Assembly (NCBI GenBank): GCA_963803435.1
Contig: CAWDML010000001.1
Location: 192,001 to 256,000, forward strand
Direction: 5' to 3'
Origin: an uncultured delta proteobacterium
GTDB lineage: Bacteria > Myxococcota > Kuafuiibacteriia > Kuafuiibacteriales > Kuafuiibacteriaceae
Length of the DNA stretch: 64,000 bases
Shown here: piece after piece, positions 19,587-30,900 of the stretch
Layout of the letters: each line of letters starts with the position of its first letter
How positions within the stretch are numbered: position 1 is the stretch's first letter
Notes under the pieces: generated by a model
Database searches by the model: none
What the model was told of the DNA's origin: nothing
What the model saw: the letters and a program-made list of their open reading frames with translations, nothing else
Translations under genes and position numbers: made by a program

Positions 19587-19774
19587 GGGCGGCATGATGG
19601 GCGCTCGGGCCTCAGAAGAACAAGCGGACGCCGAAGCCGACACCGCGGTTGAAGTCGTAGTCGATCTCCAGCATCTCGAGGAGCGCGAAGGCGGTGGCTG
19701 CGAGGACCGGGGCAGTGCGCAGGCCCCATCGTACCGCTTGACTAACCGCCGGGCCTCGGGCGAACCCAGCCGCC

Positions 19775-21154
19775 ATGCTCTTCAAGGAGAGCTCCGCCCG
19801 CGTCCCACCCCTGCTCGACGGGGGGATACCGGTGCTGGGGCACGCGCTCGAGCTCAACCGCCATCCGGTCGATCTGCTGATGCGGGGGCGAAAGCGCTTC
19901 GGCGATCTCTTCTCGCTGGCGCTCCCCGGCACGCCGCACACGATCGTGATGACGGGTCCGCCGGCGCAGGAGAAGTTCTTCCGGCTGTCCGAGCCCGACG
20001 TCAGCCTCCGGGACGTCTACAAGCTGATGACGCCGATCTTCGGCAAGGGCATCGCGTACGACGCCACGCCGGAGGTCATGGCCGAGCAGCTCGGCTTCTT
20101 CCACGCTGCCCTCCGCGAGTCCCACCTCCGCGCCTACGCCGACGGCTTCGTGGCCGAGGCGGAGGCGTACTTCGGCAAGTGGGGCGACCGGGCCGTCGTC
20201 GATCTCTACGCCACCGGCAACGAGCTCACCATCTACACCTCGAGCCGCTGCTTCCTGGGTCTCGACTTCCGCCGCCGGCTCTCGAGCGAGTTCGCCAAGC
20301 TCTACTTCGACATGGAGGGTGGCCTCAGCCTGCTCGCCTTCTTCGCGCCGCACCTCCCCACCCCCAAGTTCATCAAGCGCGATCGCGCCCGCAAGCGCAT
20401 GGGCGAGCTGATCGCCAACATCGTAGAGGAGCGGCGCCGCGCCGGCACCACCGGCGCCGACTTCCTGCAGGCCCTGATGGAGGCCAAGTATCAGGACGGT
20501 CGCACGCTCACCCACGACGAGATCACGGGGCTGATCCTCGCGATCATGTTCGCCGGCCATCACACCAGCGGCGTGACGTTCTCCTGGACCTCCGTCCTCC
20601 TGGCCCAGCACCAGCGCTGGCTCGCCGAGCTCCGCGAGGAGCAGGAGCGGGTCCTCGGCGATCGCACCACCGTCACGCTGGACGATCTCCATGCGATGGA
20701 GAAGCTCGGCTGGACGATCAAGGAGGTGCTGCGCCTGTACCCGCCGTTGATCATGCTGATGCGGAAGGTGCTCAAGGGCTTCGAGTTCAAGGGCTTCGAG
20801 TTCCCCGAGAATACGATGGTGGTCGCTTCGCCGGCCGTCAGCCATCGCATCCCGGAGGTCTTCGCGGGCCCGGACACGTTCGATCCCGAGCGCTTCGCCC
20901 CCGACCGGGCCGAGGACAAGAAGCATCCGATGTCCTGGATCGCGTTCGGCGGCGGGCGCCACAAGTGCATGGGCATCGTATTCGCTCAGCTCCAGCTCAA
21001 GGCGATCTACAGCCACGTGCTCCGGAACTTCGACCTCGAGCTGTACGGCGACGTCTACGAGCCCGACTACGAGCGCATGCTGGTCGGGCCCCGGCTCCCC
21101 TGTCGAGCGCGCTTCGTCCGCCGCAAGCAGCGCCCGATGGCCGCGGTCGCCTGA
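19775..21154 (+). CDS. cyp51: Sterol 14-alpha-demethylase CYP51
   Basis: CYP51 signature YKLMTPIFGKGIAYDA, I-helix FAGHHTS, EVLRLYPP, FGGGRHKCMG. Confidence 0.9.
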   Translation: MLFKESSARVPPLLDGGIPVLGHALELNRHPVDLLMRGRKRFGDLFSLALPGTPHTIVMTGPPAQEKFFRLSEPDVSLRDVYKLMTPIFGKGIAYDATPEVMAEQLGFFHAALRESHLRAYADGFVAEAEAYFGKWGDRAVVDLYATGNELTIYTSSRCFLGLDFRRRLSSEFAKLYFDMEGGLSLLAFFAPHLPTPKFIKRDRARKRMGELIANIVEERRRAGTTGADFLQALMEAKYQDGRTLTHDEITGLILAIMFAGHHTSGVTFSWTSVLLAQHQRWLAELREEQERVLGDRTTVTLDDLHAMEKLGWTIKEVLRLYPPLIMLMRKVLKGFEFKGFEFPENTMVVASPAVSHRIPEVFAGPDTFDPERFAPDRAEDKKHPMSWIAFGGGRHKCMGIVFAQLQLKAIYSHVLRNFDLELYGDVYEPDYERMLVGPRLPCRARFVRRKQRPMAAVA

Positions 21155-22221
21155 TGATCACGCCTTCGAGCCTGGCGCTCAGCGCCGCCCTGGTGTCGGG
21201 CTTCATCGCGGCCTTGTTCGCTGGCGCCCTCGTCTTCCCCGGGAAGATGGTGGAAGGCTTCCCTCAGCCGGACGGCGCCACCAAGGAGTACAAGGTCAAC
21301 GGCATGGCGCTCTGGATCGCGACGCACGTGGTCCTGATCGCCGGTTGGTTGCTCTTCCGTCTCTCGCTGGCGCCGCTGATCGACCTGTTCTGGTCGCTGC
21401 TCCTGGTGACCAACCTGGTGGCGGCCGCCTGGACACTCGCGCTCTACGCGTCGGCGCCGAGCCGGCGTGCGGGTCTCATCGGGCTGATCAAGGACCTCTG
21501 GTTCGGGGCCGAGCTCAACCCCACGCTGCTCGGCGTCGATCTCAAGGTCTTCGCCTATCAGCCCTCGCTGATCGGACTCTGGCTCCTCAACCTCTCGTTT
21601 GCGTACGCGCAGTACGAAGCGCAAGGCAGCTTGACACCGCAGATGATCGCCTACCAGGCGTTCTGGTGGCTCTACCTCACCACCCATTACTGGTACGAGC
21701 GGGGCGTCCTTTCCATGTGGGACGTGATCGCCGAGAACTTCGGCTTCATGCTGGTCTGGGGCGACCTGGTGCTGGTCCCGTTCTTCTACAGCATCGCCGG
21801 CTGGTGGCTCCTCGAGGCCCGACCGCGGCCCGCCACGTCGATGATCGCGCTCGCCCTCGTGCACGTGCTCGGGCTCTGGATCTTCCGCGAGTCCAACGCG
21901 CAGAAGGATCGTTTCAAGCGCGATCGCTCGGCGCGGATCTGGGGCCGCCCCGCCGAGACCCTCGGCGGCCGCCTGCTGGTCTCCGGTTGGTGGGGCATCG
22001 GCCGCAAGCTCAACTACACCGGCGAGATCATGGTGTACTGCTCCTTCGCCCTCACCACCGGCTTCGAGTCGGTCGTCCCCTACCTCCTCCCGCTCTGGCT
22101 CTGCTGCCTCCTGCCCCACCGCGCCTGGCGCGACGAGCAGCGCTGCAAGTCCAAGTACGGCGAGCTCTGGAACGAGTACACGAAGAAGGCCCGCTTTCGG
22201 ATGGTCCCGTTTCTCTACTGA
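21154..22221 (+). CDS. Sterol reductase, ERG4/ERG24 family (likely C14-reductase)
   Basis: GAELNP, DVIAENFGFMLVWGDLV, NAQKDRF, LLVSGWWGIGRKLNYTGE, HRAWRDEQRCKSKYG; ATG overlaps the cyp51 stop. Confidence 0.9.
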   Translation: MITPSSLALSAALVSGFIAALFAGALVFPGKMVEGFPQPDGATKEYKVNGMALWIATHVVLIAGWLLFRLSLAPLIDLFWSLLLVTNLVAAAWTLALYASAPSRRAGLIGLIKDLWFGAELNPTLLGVDLKVFAYQPSLIGLWLLNLSFAYAQYEAQGSLTPQMIAYQAFWWLYLTTHYWYERGVLSMWDVIAENFGFMLVWGDLVLVPFFYSIAGWWLLEARPRPATSMIALALVHVLGLWIFRESNAQKDRFKRDRSARIWGRPAETLGGRLLVSGWWGIGRKLNYTGEIMVYCSFALTTGFESVVPYLLPLWLCCLLPHRAWRDEQRCKSKYGELWNEYTKKARFRMVPFLY

Positions 22222-22228
22222 GGTCTCG

Positions 22229-22567
22229 ATGAAGTTTCAGATCCTCATCTGCGACGGCCCCAGCTGCGGCGTCACCCACGACAGCGATCAGCTGGTCGAA
22301 TGCGCCCGGGCGCACCTCGCCGACAGGCCCGACCTGGCCGCCGGCGTCGAGCTCGTCCGCTTCACCTGCTTCGATCACTGCGACGATGGTCCGAACCTCT
22401 TCGTCCGCGAGCTCGCCGACGGCGAGACGCCGAGCGAGCCCGACGGCGCCCTCTTCTCCTCTCAGCGCGGCTTCTACGAGCACATGGACGAGGACAAGCT
22501 CCGGCGCCTGCTCGACGAGCACTGCACCACCGGCGAGCCGATCGAAGATCTCGTCACCGACTACTGA
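22229..22567 (+). CDS. Thioredoxin-like [2Fe-2S] ferredoxin
   Basis: ICDGPSC ... CFDHCDDGPN four-Cys pattern, FYEHM...HC. Confidence 0.75.
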   Translation: MKFQILICDGPSCGVTHDSDQLVECARAHLADRPDLAAGVELVRFTCFDHCDDGPNLFVRELADGETPSEPDGALFSSQRGFYEHMDEDKLRRLLDEHCTTGEPIEDLVTDY

Positions 22568-22758
22568 CGAGCCGATCAGAGCTGACCGGTCGTCGGTGGC
22601 GAGGCGGGCTCGGCGTCGGGACGGCCAATCTGACCATTGAGCCCGAGGCTGTCCACGCCATTGCGGTAGTCCTGGAGGAACGACTCGATCTCCGCCCGTG
22701 TCTGCGGAGACGTGCTCGGCTGCCTCGTCAGCGCCTCCAGCCCATTGACCTGACCTCG

Positions 22759-23194
22759 ATGACTCGCCTCCTCGCGCTCTTGGCGCTCAAGCGCCTGTTG
22801 ATCCTCGGGCGCGGTGAGGAGCGCTTCGAGCTCCCCGAGACCTCGGAGGCCCTCGTCCGCCGGACCCTGATCCGCGCCGCCGGGAGCGACCGCGCCCGCG
22901 CCGAGCTCACGGCCGTCCTCCGCCTGCTCGTCGCGCTCGAGTCTCGCCTCGAATCCCCCACGGCGGCCGCCCGCCTCCGCACCTGGATGCGCTCGACCCC
23001 GGAGACGCACGAGATGATCCGAAGCCTCGGGTTCGGCGGCGCCAAGGGCCTCGAATCTCACCCGAGACTTCAAGCGCCGCGAAGGTCGATCGCTCGACCT
23101 CGCCGCCCCCCGTTTCGGCGAGCTCGCCCCGGCCGATACAATCCCGCTCCACCGGATCACGGGGCAACGCCGCCGCCGTCGCGATCCTCGCTGA
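22759..23194 (+). CDS. Small helical protein with Arg-rich C-terminus (candidate chaperone/partner); frameshift at ~23055
   Basis: MTRLLALL...RFELPE...ESPTAAARL; removing one A at GAATC 23053-23057 gives LDLTRDFKRREG...APRFGELAP...RRRRRDPR*. Confidence 0.6.
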
Positions 23195-23283
23195 GCGGCG
23201 ATGCCCCTCGAGGTGTAACCTCCGAGTTCGCAACTCAAGTTGCGCGAACCACGGCGACGGCACCCGCCGATAAGAGCGCACAC

Positions 23284-24849
23284 ATGAAGAGCGTCCCAGG
23301 TTACGTCAACACGTTGGCGAGCGCGCTGACGGGTGGCTCCCTCACCGAGAAGGATCTCGCAAACGTCGAGGTCGCGGTGAAACGCTCCAGAGGAGCGAAC
23401 CGTCAGATCGTCTCGCGCCTCGCCGACTACGTGCGGTACGACGCAGAGCTCGACGCCGCCGAACGGGCCAGCACCGTCGAGGCGCTTCGCAAGCTCGGCG
23501 CGAACGATCGCCAGCTCTCGAAGATCCGCTCTCTGCCCGCCACCAACGTCGACATCGCTCATCTGGATCTGGAGATCGACATTCGCAAGGACCCGATCCA
23601 CCACGAGGTAGGGCTGTCACTCTCGCGCCCCGCACCGAACATCGCGATCGTCGAGGCCGACAGCGCGACGATCGCGATCGGGAGCGTCCGCGTGGGTGGA
23701 CAGGAGTGCGCGTACAACCATCGCTCGGGGCGCCTGCACATCCAGATCCCGGACTCGGTGAAAGCGTCCGATCGCTACCGCATCGACATCTCCTACGACG
23801 TCACGCCGACGGCCAACCCGGTCGATCCGGGCATGGTCGAAGGCGACGGCCAGATCCGCACGCTGACCTGGGCGGAGAACATCGATCGCTGGATCCCCGG
23901 CGACAATCGGGTCGGCCGCGGCGTCAGCGCGACCATCCACGTGTACTCGGATCCGGACACCGTGGTTTCGGCCTCCGGCCGTCCCGTGCTGCGACACGAG
24001 GGCTACGCGCGCTTCGAGATGGAGCGCGGACCCTTCTACACGGCCTCGCTCTACGCGGCGAAGGGCGGCGAGATCCTGGACGCCTCGGGAGACGGCCGCG
24101 GTCCGTTCTACGTCTCTGCCAGCGGCGATGACGCGATGCGGGCGAACCGCAGGAAGTATCTCGACGTGCTTCGACACACGGTCGGCTTCATGAACTCCAA
24201 GTTCTCCAACTCACCGTACGGCACGATCGATCAGATCGCGGAGCCGACGGGTCCCTTCGACGGGATGGAGCACGCCGACGCGATCCATCTCTACAGCAAC
24301 ACCGCCGCCAAGCCGGAGGAGGCCATCGACGTCATCGCGCACGAGGCGATCCATCACTGGTTCGGCGACGGCAACTGGATCCGGACCTATGCGGACCTCT
24401 GGCTCTCCGAAGGCGTCACGAGCTACTGGACCTACCGCGCCAAAGAGGAGCGCGAGGGCGTGCAGGCGTTCTCGGACGCGCGGGCGAAGGGGTGCGAGCG
24501 CGCCGTGAAGGCGATCGAGCGGCGGAACGCCTCCGACCAGAAATATCCGCTGCGACCAGCCGACGATCTGGTGCCCGGAGATGCGGTTCTCGACGGCACG
24601 GTGTACGAGTACGGCGCGTTCCTACTGATGCTGATCGAGGAGAAGGTCGGACGCGAGACCTTCGACGCGGTGTTCGCCGAGTACTACGAGACCACACGCC
24701 AGACGCCCGTCGACACGGCGGCCTTCGTCGCGTTCTTCGAGGAGAAGACCGGCACGCCCCTCCGCGACTTCGCGGACAAGTGGATCTATCGCCTTCCCTC
24801 CACCGCCGAGGTGCGCGCGGAGGTCGATCGCTTCCTGGCGGCCCACTGA
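23284..24849 (+). CDS. M1-family zinc aminopeptidase with N-terminal helical extension
   Basis: GMEH exopeptidase motif, AHEAIHHWFG...LWLSEG (HExxH-x18-E), YEYGA. Confidence 0.85.
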   Translation: MKSVPGYVNTLASALTGGSLTEKDLANVEVAVKRSRGANRQIVSRLADYVRYDAELDAAERASTVEALRKLGANDRQLSKIRSLPATNVDIAHLDLEIDIRKDPIHHEVGLSLSRPAPNIAIVEADSATIAIGSVRVGGQECAYNHRSGRLHIQIPDSVKASDRYRIDISYDVTPTANPVDPGMVEGDGQIRTLTWAENIDRWIPGDNRVGRGVSATIHVYSDPDTVVSASGRPVLRHEGYARFEMERGPFYTASLYAAKGGEILDASGDGRGPFYVSASGDDAMRANRRKYLDVLRHTVGFMNSKFSNSPYGTIDQIAEPTGPFDGMEHADAIHLYSNTAAKPEEAIDVIAHEAIHHWFGDGNWIRTYADLWLSEGVTSYWTYRAKEEREGVQAFSDARAKGCERAVKAIERRNASDQKYPLRPADDLVPGDAVLDGTVYEYGAFLLMLIEEKVGRETFDAVFAEYYETTRQTPVDTAAFVAFFEEKTGTPLRDFADKWIYRLPSTAEVRAEVDRFLAAH

Positions 24850-24913
24850 GGCGCAGCTCGGGCTTTACAGCCACCGCCGCACCAGAACACAGTGAGGTCG
24901 GGCTGCCCGCCGG

Positions 24914-27900
24914 ATGACGGTCTCGTTCACCAACGGAGTTCTGGAAGACCGGCGTCTGGACGCGGCGATCGAGCGCTACGTCTCCTACCTCGGCGATGCG
25001 ACCGTCCCGAAGAGCGCCGCGCTCCTACGGGAGAGCATCGGCGCGTTCGGTGATACCGACGCGAAGGCGGCGCTCGACCTCTACGGCGCCGAGGTCGTCG
25101 GTCGAGCCGCCGTCAAGAACATCCGGGAGCGCCGCGAGTTCGAGCAAGCGGTCGATGTCTATGCGAACGCGCTCGCCGGCCAGCCGCTGCCCGCGAGCCT
25201 CGAGGAGCTGGCGCGGAGCCACCGGAAGGCACGCCGGAAGGCGGCGCCCGCCGACAGAAAGGCGCTCGACCATCCCTATCAGCTCGCGATGAACGCCATC
25301 ACGGCGTTCGGGCTCGACGCGTTCGCCCAGGCGGTGACGCTCCGCCGGGCGGGCGGGCAGGTGGTCGCGCCGCCGCGAGCGCCCGAGGTCGATCGACCGA
25401 TCGGAGGTGACCTCGAGGATCCGGCCGAGCAGTACCGCATCGGTCACGCGCTCGCGTCGACACGCTCGAAGGTGAAGGCCGAGTCGTGGCTCCGCAAGGC
25501 GGCCAAGCAAGGCCACCACCGCGCGCAGTACGAGCTCGCCGACATGCTGATCCGTCGAAAGGATCTGGCCGCCCGCGAGGAGGGCGTGACCTGGCTGTTC
25601 AAGTCGGCGCAGTTCGCGAGCAAGCAGGGCGAGGTCGACGCGCACCTCCTGCTGGCGCGCGCCTACGAGGTCGGCGTCCCCGGCGCGCTGGAGAAGAACC
25701 ACCGACTCGCGGGCCTGTGGGCGCGAAAGGCCGCCGTGACCTCGAAGGCGCCGGTGCCCCAGCCCGATCGGCGGGACCCGCTCGGGCAGTACCTCCTCGC
25801 ATGCCGCTATCTCGACGGGCTCGGCGTCGAGCGGGACCCCGAGAAGGGCGTCGCGCTGCTGGAGCAGGTGGTCCGCGGGAAGAGCCGCTACAGCCGCTGG
25901 GCCTCCTCCAAGCTCGAGGCGCTCGACGCCCCCAAGCCGTACCGGCGGCGCACGCTCGCCCATCAGCCGGTCACGCAGGCGTACCTCGACGTGGTCCGAC
26001 CGTCGATCCTCGGCCAGACCCGCGAGAAGAGCATCTGGCGGGCGTTCCTCGACTCGACGCCGCTATTCGACGTGATCGCCGACATCGCGGAGACGGCCGG
26101 TAGCCCTGCCTACGACGGGCTCGCGGACTTCCTCTCCCTGATCCTCGATCCGACGCTCTCGAAGGAGGCCAAGCTCGAACGCCTCGAGGTCAACGGCGAG
26201 CGGATCCACCGCGGCCTCTCGGAGCTCCTCGAGCTCGAACGCGAGGATCGCGGCCGCTTCCGCCCCGCGTTCGAGGATCTCTTCCGACTCTTCGCCGAGC
26301 GCTATCGGAGCGAGCTGTCTGGCGAGCCGACCGAGGTGGAGCGGGCGGTGACGCGCCTCGCCGGCGGCGATCCAAAGGACGCGCGCGTCGTCGTCGATCT
26401 GCTGCTCGGGCTCGGGCGGTGGCTCGACGATCTGATCCAGGAGCGCGATCGCCCGGTCGAGGACGTCGCGCGCAGGGCGATCGAGGGCGCCGACCGATTT
26501 CTCGAGCTCGAGCGCGGCGTGCGCGTGCTCCGCAAGGTCAGACCGCGCTCGGTCTCCGACCTCCTCGCCGCGACGCTCGATCACCAGCAGCAGACAGTCG
26601 CCGCCGGCGTCGTCGACTTCCTCTCGCTGTTCCTCGATCCCACCCTGCGTCCGGAGCAGCGCGCCCAGAAGCTGCAGGAGCGCCGGACCAAGATCGAGCA
26701 CGCGCTGGCGGCCACCACCGGCGCGCCCGAGGGCAACGCGTTCTTCGCCACGCTCTTCAACGTGCTCGGAAAGCACCTCGAGCGCGCATCGGACGGCGCC
26801 GAGGGCTCGCTCCTCGAGGCGATCTCTTCATGGCTCCCGCCCACCGCCACCCGCGCCGAGCGCGAGAGCGTCACCAAGAGCCTCCTCTCGCTGGGTCGGA
26901 CCCTCGACCGTGAGCTCCGCGACGTCGGGCAGGACCCCGGCGCGCTCCCGAAGGTCCTCGACGGCCTCGAGGGCGTCCTGTCGGTAAAGAGGGAGCTCTC
27001 CGATCTCCTCGGCGCGAAGGCCCTCTCTCCCTGGAAGCTGGCGATGGGTGCGGTCGCGGGCGGGCTGACCTGGGAGGCGTTCCGCGTCAGCGGTCTCCAG
27101 GAGGCGATCCGCGAGCACACCGGCGTCGATCCCGTCCTGGTCGAGCTCCACAGAAAGGTCGGGCTGATCCCACCGTCCATCGCGCGCGAGCTCGACGAAG
27201 AGCAGGTCGAGGCGACGCTCTCCTTCCTGTCCGTGTTCGTCGATCCTCTGCTCTCCCGCGAGCGGAAGGCCGAAATCCTCGACCAGACGATCGAGCGCGC
27301 CGCCTCGCTCCTCGACTTCGATCGCCTCCCTAACACCAACTGGACCGAGCTGTGCGGGCACGCCGGCAAGCAGCTCTCCGCGCACCTCGGGGACAGCGTG
27401 AAGCCGGACCTCGCCGACTTCCTCCGCGAGCGGATGATCGGGCTCGGCCAGCGTCTCGATCGCGAGACCTCGATCACCGTGGCCGATCCGATCGGCAACC
27501 TGGTCCAGCGCTCGGTCGCCGGCTTTCTCCGCTCCCACAAGGAGGCGCTGCTCGACTTCTCGGTGGCGGATCTCTCCCGGAGCACGTTCGAGTCGCTCCG
27601 CGCGGTCTCCGAAGAGGGACGTATCACGCAGGAGGATCTCCTGGACCGTATCCTCCCCGGGCTGAACCTCGGTCTCGACGCACCGCTGCTGGTGGCGCTC
27701 GATCGCCAGCTTCCGCTGATCCCGACGGATCTCCGGCAGCAGCTCGGAGACGAGGCGGCCGAGGAGCTGCTCGCGGTGCTTTCGCTGCCCTGCGATCCCT
27801 TCCGCTCCCGGGAGGAGCGGGCGGAGATCCTCGATCGCGCCCTCCAGCGCCTGGGCCACGCTCTCCCTGCCCTCGGCGAACGCTCCTGGTCCGCCCTCTT

Positions 27901-30900
27901 CGAGAGCGTGCGCAGCCGGATCCTCGATCACGCCGGCGAGCGCGGGATCTCCGTCCACCCGCAAGCGGACGAGTGGCTCACGAAGCGGCTCTCGGAGCTC
28001 GCCTCCACGCTCGATCGCGCCGGGAGCATCGAGAGCTTCCTCGGCCGCCACCGGGAGGACCTTCTCGATTCTGACGCTGCTCCGGCCCGCCACCACGAAG
28101 AAGGCCTGGAGGAGCCTGACCGTCGAGAGCGAGCTCGGTGAGGCAGCGGCGGCGTTGAAGCTGACGCGCGACGATCTCCGGGCGCTGCTCCCGCAAGGCA
28201 CCAATCTCCTGGCAAAGCTCGGCCCCGGCAACCTCGAGGCGCTCACCGACCTGGTGAACGTGTTCAGCGATCCCGCCCTCACCGTCGAGGATCGCCGGAA
28301 GCAGTTGGCCCTGATCTCGGATCAGCTCGGCGATCTCACGCGAACACTGCTCTCGGCGCTGGACGCGAGCAAGCGCGAGACCTTCTTCCAAGACCTCCTC
28401 GAGAGGGCGGGCGAGCTGATCGATCGCCGACGTGAAGGCAAGCCGCCCTGCGCCGCCACCGCCGCCAAGGTGGGCACGATGCTCGATCGCGTGGTCCGAC
28501 AGCTCAAGGATCCTGCCCAGGCAGAGCGGCTGGAGGCGCACCTCGACGTGGTGCGGTTCTTCTTCCGGATCGAGATCGACCGCCTGTGCCAGATCGACTT
28601 CTTCAACGGCGCATCCACGCGCACGGCCATGGACGAGATCCTCCAGGACATCACCCAGCTCGGCGACGTGACGATGAACCTGGTGCGCGCCCTCATCGCC
28701 GGATCGCGCGCCGGGAACGGAGGACCGGACGCCGAGCTCGCAGCGCTCGAGGTCAAGGAGTGCGTGGAGAACATGGGACCGTTCTTCACGAAGGTGGTGC
28801 AAACCTTCATCGATCCCATCGACTCGGGCCGGAGCGCGAACGAGGACGAGAACCTGATCGTCAAGGCGCTCAAGCAGCTACAGGACGCCACGCGGCCCAT
28901 CCCGTTCGATGAGGTGGAGAAGATCGTCGCCCGCGATCTGAGCGCGCCGATCGGCGAGTGCTTCCTGAGCTTCGAGCGCACCCCCTTCGCCTCCGCGTCG
29001 ATGGCGCAGTGCCACCTGGCCGAGATCGAACGTGACGGCCAGCGGGTCCAGGTCGTGGTGAAGGTCCTGAAGCCGGGCGCCGCCGAGTCGATCCGACACA
29101 ACTTCGATCTCATCCGCTTGCTCATCAAGATGGTGGGCTCGGTGGCGCAGGAGCTCCAGCACGCCGAGGAGTTCGCCGACGGCGATGCGGTCGACGGGAT
29201 GAGGCAGCTCGAGGCGCTCCGCCAGAAGCATGCCGCGCTGCGGGAGAGCACGCTGTCCGATTCTGACTGCGCTCCTCGACACCGTCGCGGTCAACTTGGA
29301 GAAGTCCTTCGGCGGCGAGAGCGACCTCCCGCGCGAGTGCGACAACCTGGAGCGGATGGGCCGGCTCCTCCAGTTCAACGACAAGATCAGGGTCCCCGCG
29401 GTCCACCGCGACCACTCCGGGAACGAGATCCTCACCATGGAGTTCGTCCCGACGCTGGCCATCTCCGACCTGGTCGAGATGGACGAAGACAGCGCCGAGC
29501 TCCAGACCGACCTGAAGTCTCGGCTGATCTCCACCTACCTGGCCCAGACGTTCATCTATCGCTTCCTCCACGGTGACTTCCACGGGAAGAACGTCGGCAT
29601 CGACGAGGAGGGGCGCTTCGTCCTCTACGATCTGGGGCAGATGGTCGACCTGCACGGTCGGTTGGTTCCTCCGCTCAAGCTGATGCTCGGCGCCCTCATC
29701 CACTCACCACGCATGGTGGCCGAGGCGGTCGTGGATCTCTCCGACCACGCCGAGCCCAAGCGACCGCTGAAGGACAAGATGCTCTCGGTCTTCGACCGCT
29801 CCGGCCGATCGGAGGCCGACGGTCCTGCCAAGGCCAGTCGCGCCACCCGCGCCGAGCTGGTGGCGGAGCTCGAGGAGGACATCGAGAAGACGCTGGCCGA
29901 GGCGTACGACGAGGCCAAGCTCGAGCGCTACCGCGAGCTGATGGGCGAGCTCCACCTCCCCGGCTGGCGGCTCCGGGAGGAGCTCAAGAGCAAGGTGCTC
30001 GGCACCAGGTCGAGCGCGGCGGACGCCCTCGCCGACGGTGCGATCAGCGCCGTCGAGGAGGACTGGAAGGCGATGGACGCGCCGGCGGTCCGGGCGCTGA
30101 GCGGCAAGGCGCTCCTGGCGCTCGCAGAGCGCCGCGTCCACGCCTACCTCACCGCGCCCGAGCAGGCCACCAGGCTCGCGTCGCTGACCGAGCTCGACGC
30201 GACCACCGTCGCCGAGCGCTTCACCACCCTGGTGGGGGCAGCGCTGAGCGAGGAGGCGAAGCAGGCCGGGATCGGGCGCGTGCGGCGGCTCGACGCCCTC
30301 CCCCAGGAGCCGGACGTGGCGCGGGCGCTGGGCAACCTCTGGAGCGAGCGGTCCGAGGAGGATCGCGTGCGAGAGCCGGCGCTGGTGGCGTGGTTCCGCG
30401 AGGCCGCGCTCGACGGCCTGGGCAACGATCCGGCGGTCTCGATGATCCTGTTGCGCGCGCTCCGGACGGTCGAGGCGACGCTCTCCGATCGCCCGAGCGA
30501 CGCTCCGCTCGCGGCGATCGATCTGAAGCAGCCGATCCTCGACTACTTCGCCGGTGAGACGGTGAGGGCCCGCCTCGCCTACCTCACCGGCGACCCTGCC
30601 GAGACCATCGACACCGTGCGGATCGCCGAGCTTCTCCACGCTCACGTGAGCGGACGCCTCACCGAGCCGCCGAAGAGCCCGTTCTCCCTCAAGAGACTCC
30701 TCCGGCGCGGTGTGCACGCGCTCGGCGCGATCCCCAAGGCGGTCAAGACCGAGCTCGTCGACGCGTACCACCGCCTCGAGCTCGAGCTCCGCATCCGAGC
30801 CGAATCGGGTGGGCTGACGCTGGCCGGCATCCTCTCGCGCGCCGCCGGCCGCAACGAGCTGGCCATCTCGGCGCAGTACTTTCAGCTCGGCAAGACCAAC

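Noticed and set aside
19585-22221. 878-aa ORF / CYP51-reductase fusion
   Set aside because: The first ~520 aa are a shadow frame over cyp51; the reductase starts at ATG 21154
22300-24849. 849-aa aminopeptidase ORF
   Set aside because: It merges an off-frame overlap of the ferredoxin, the frameshifted small gene and the real peptidase starting at 23284
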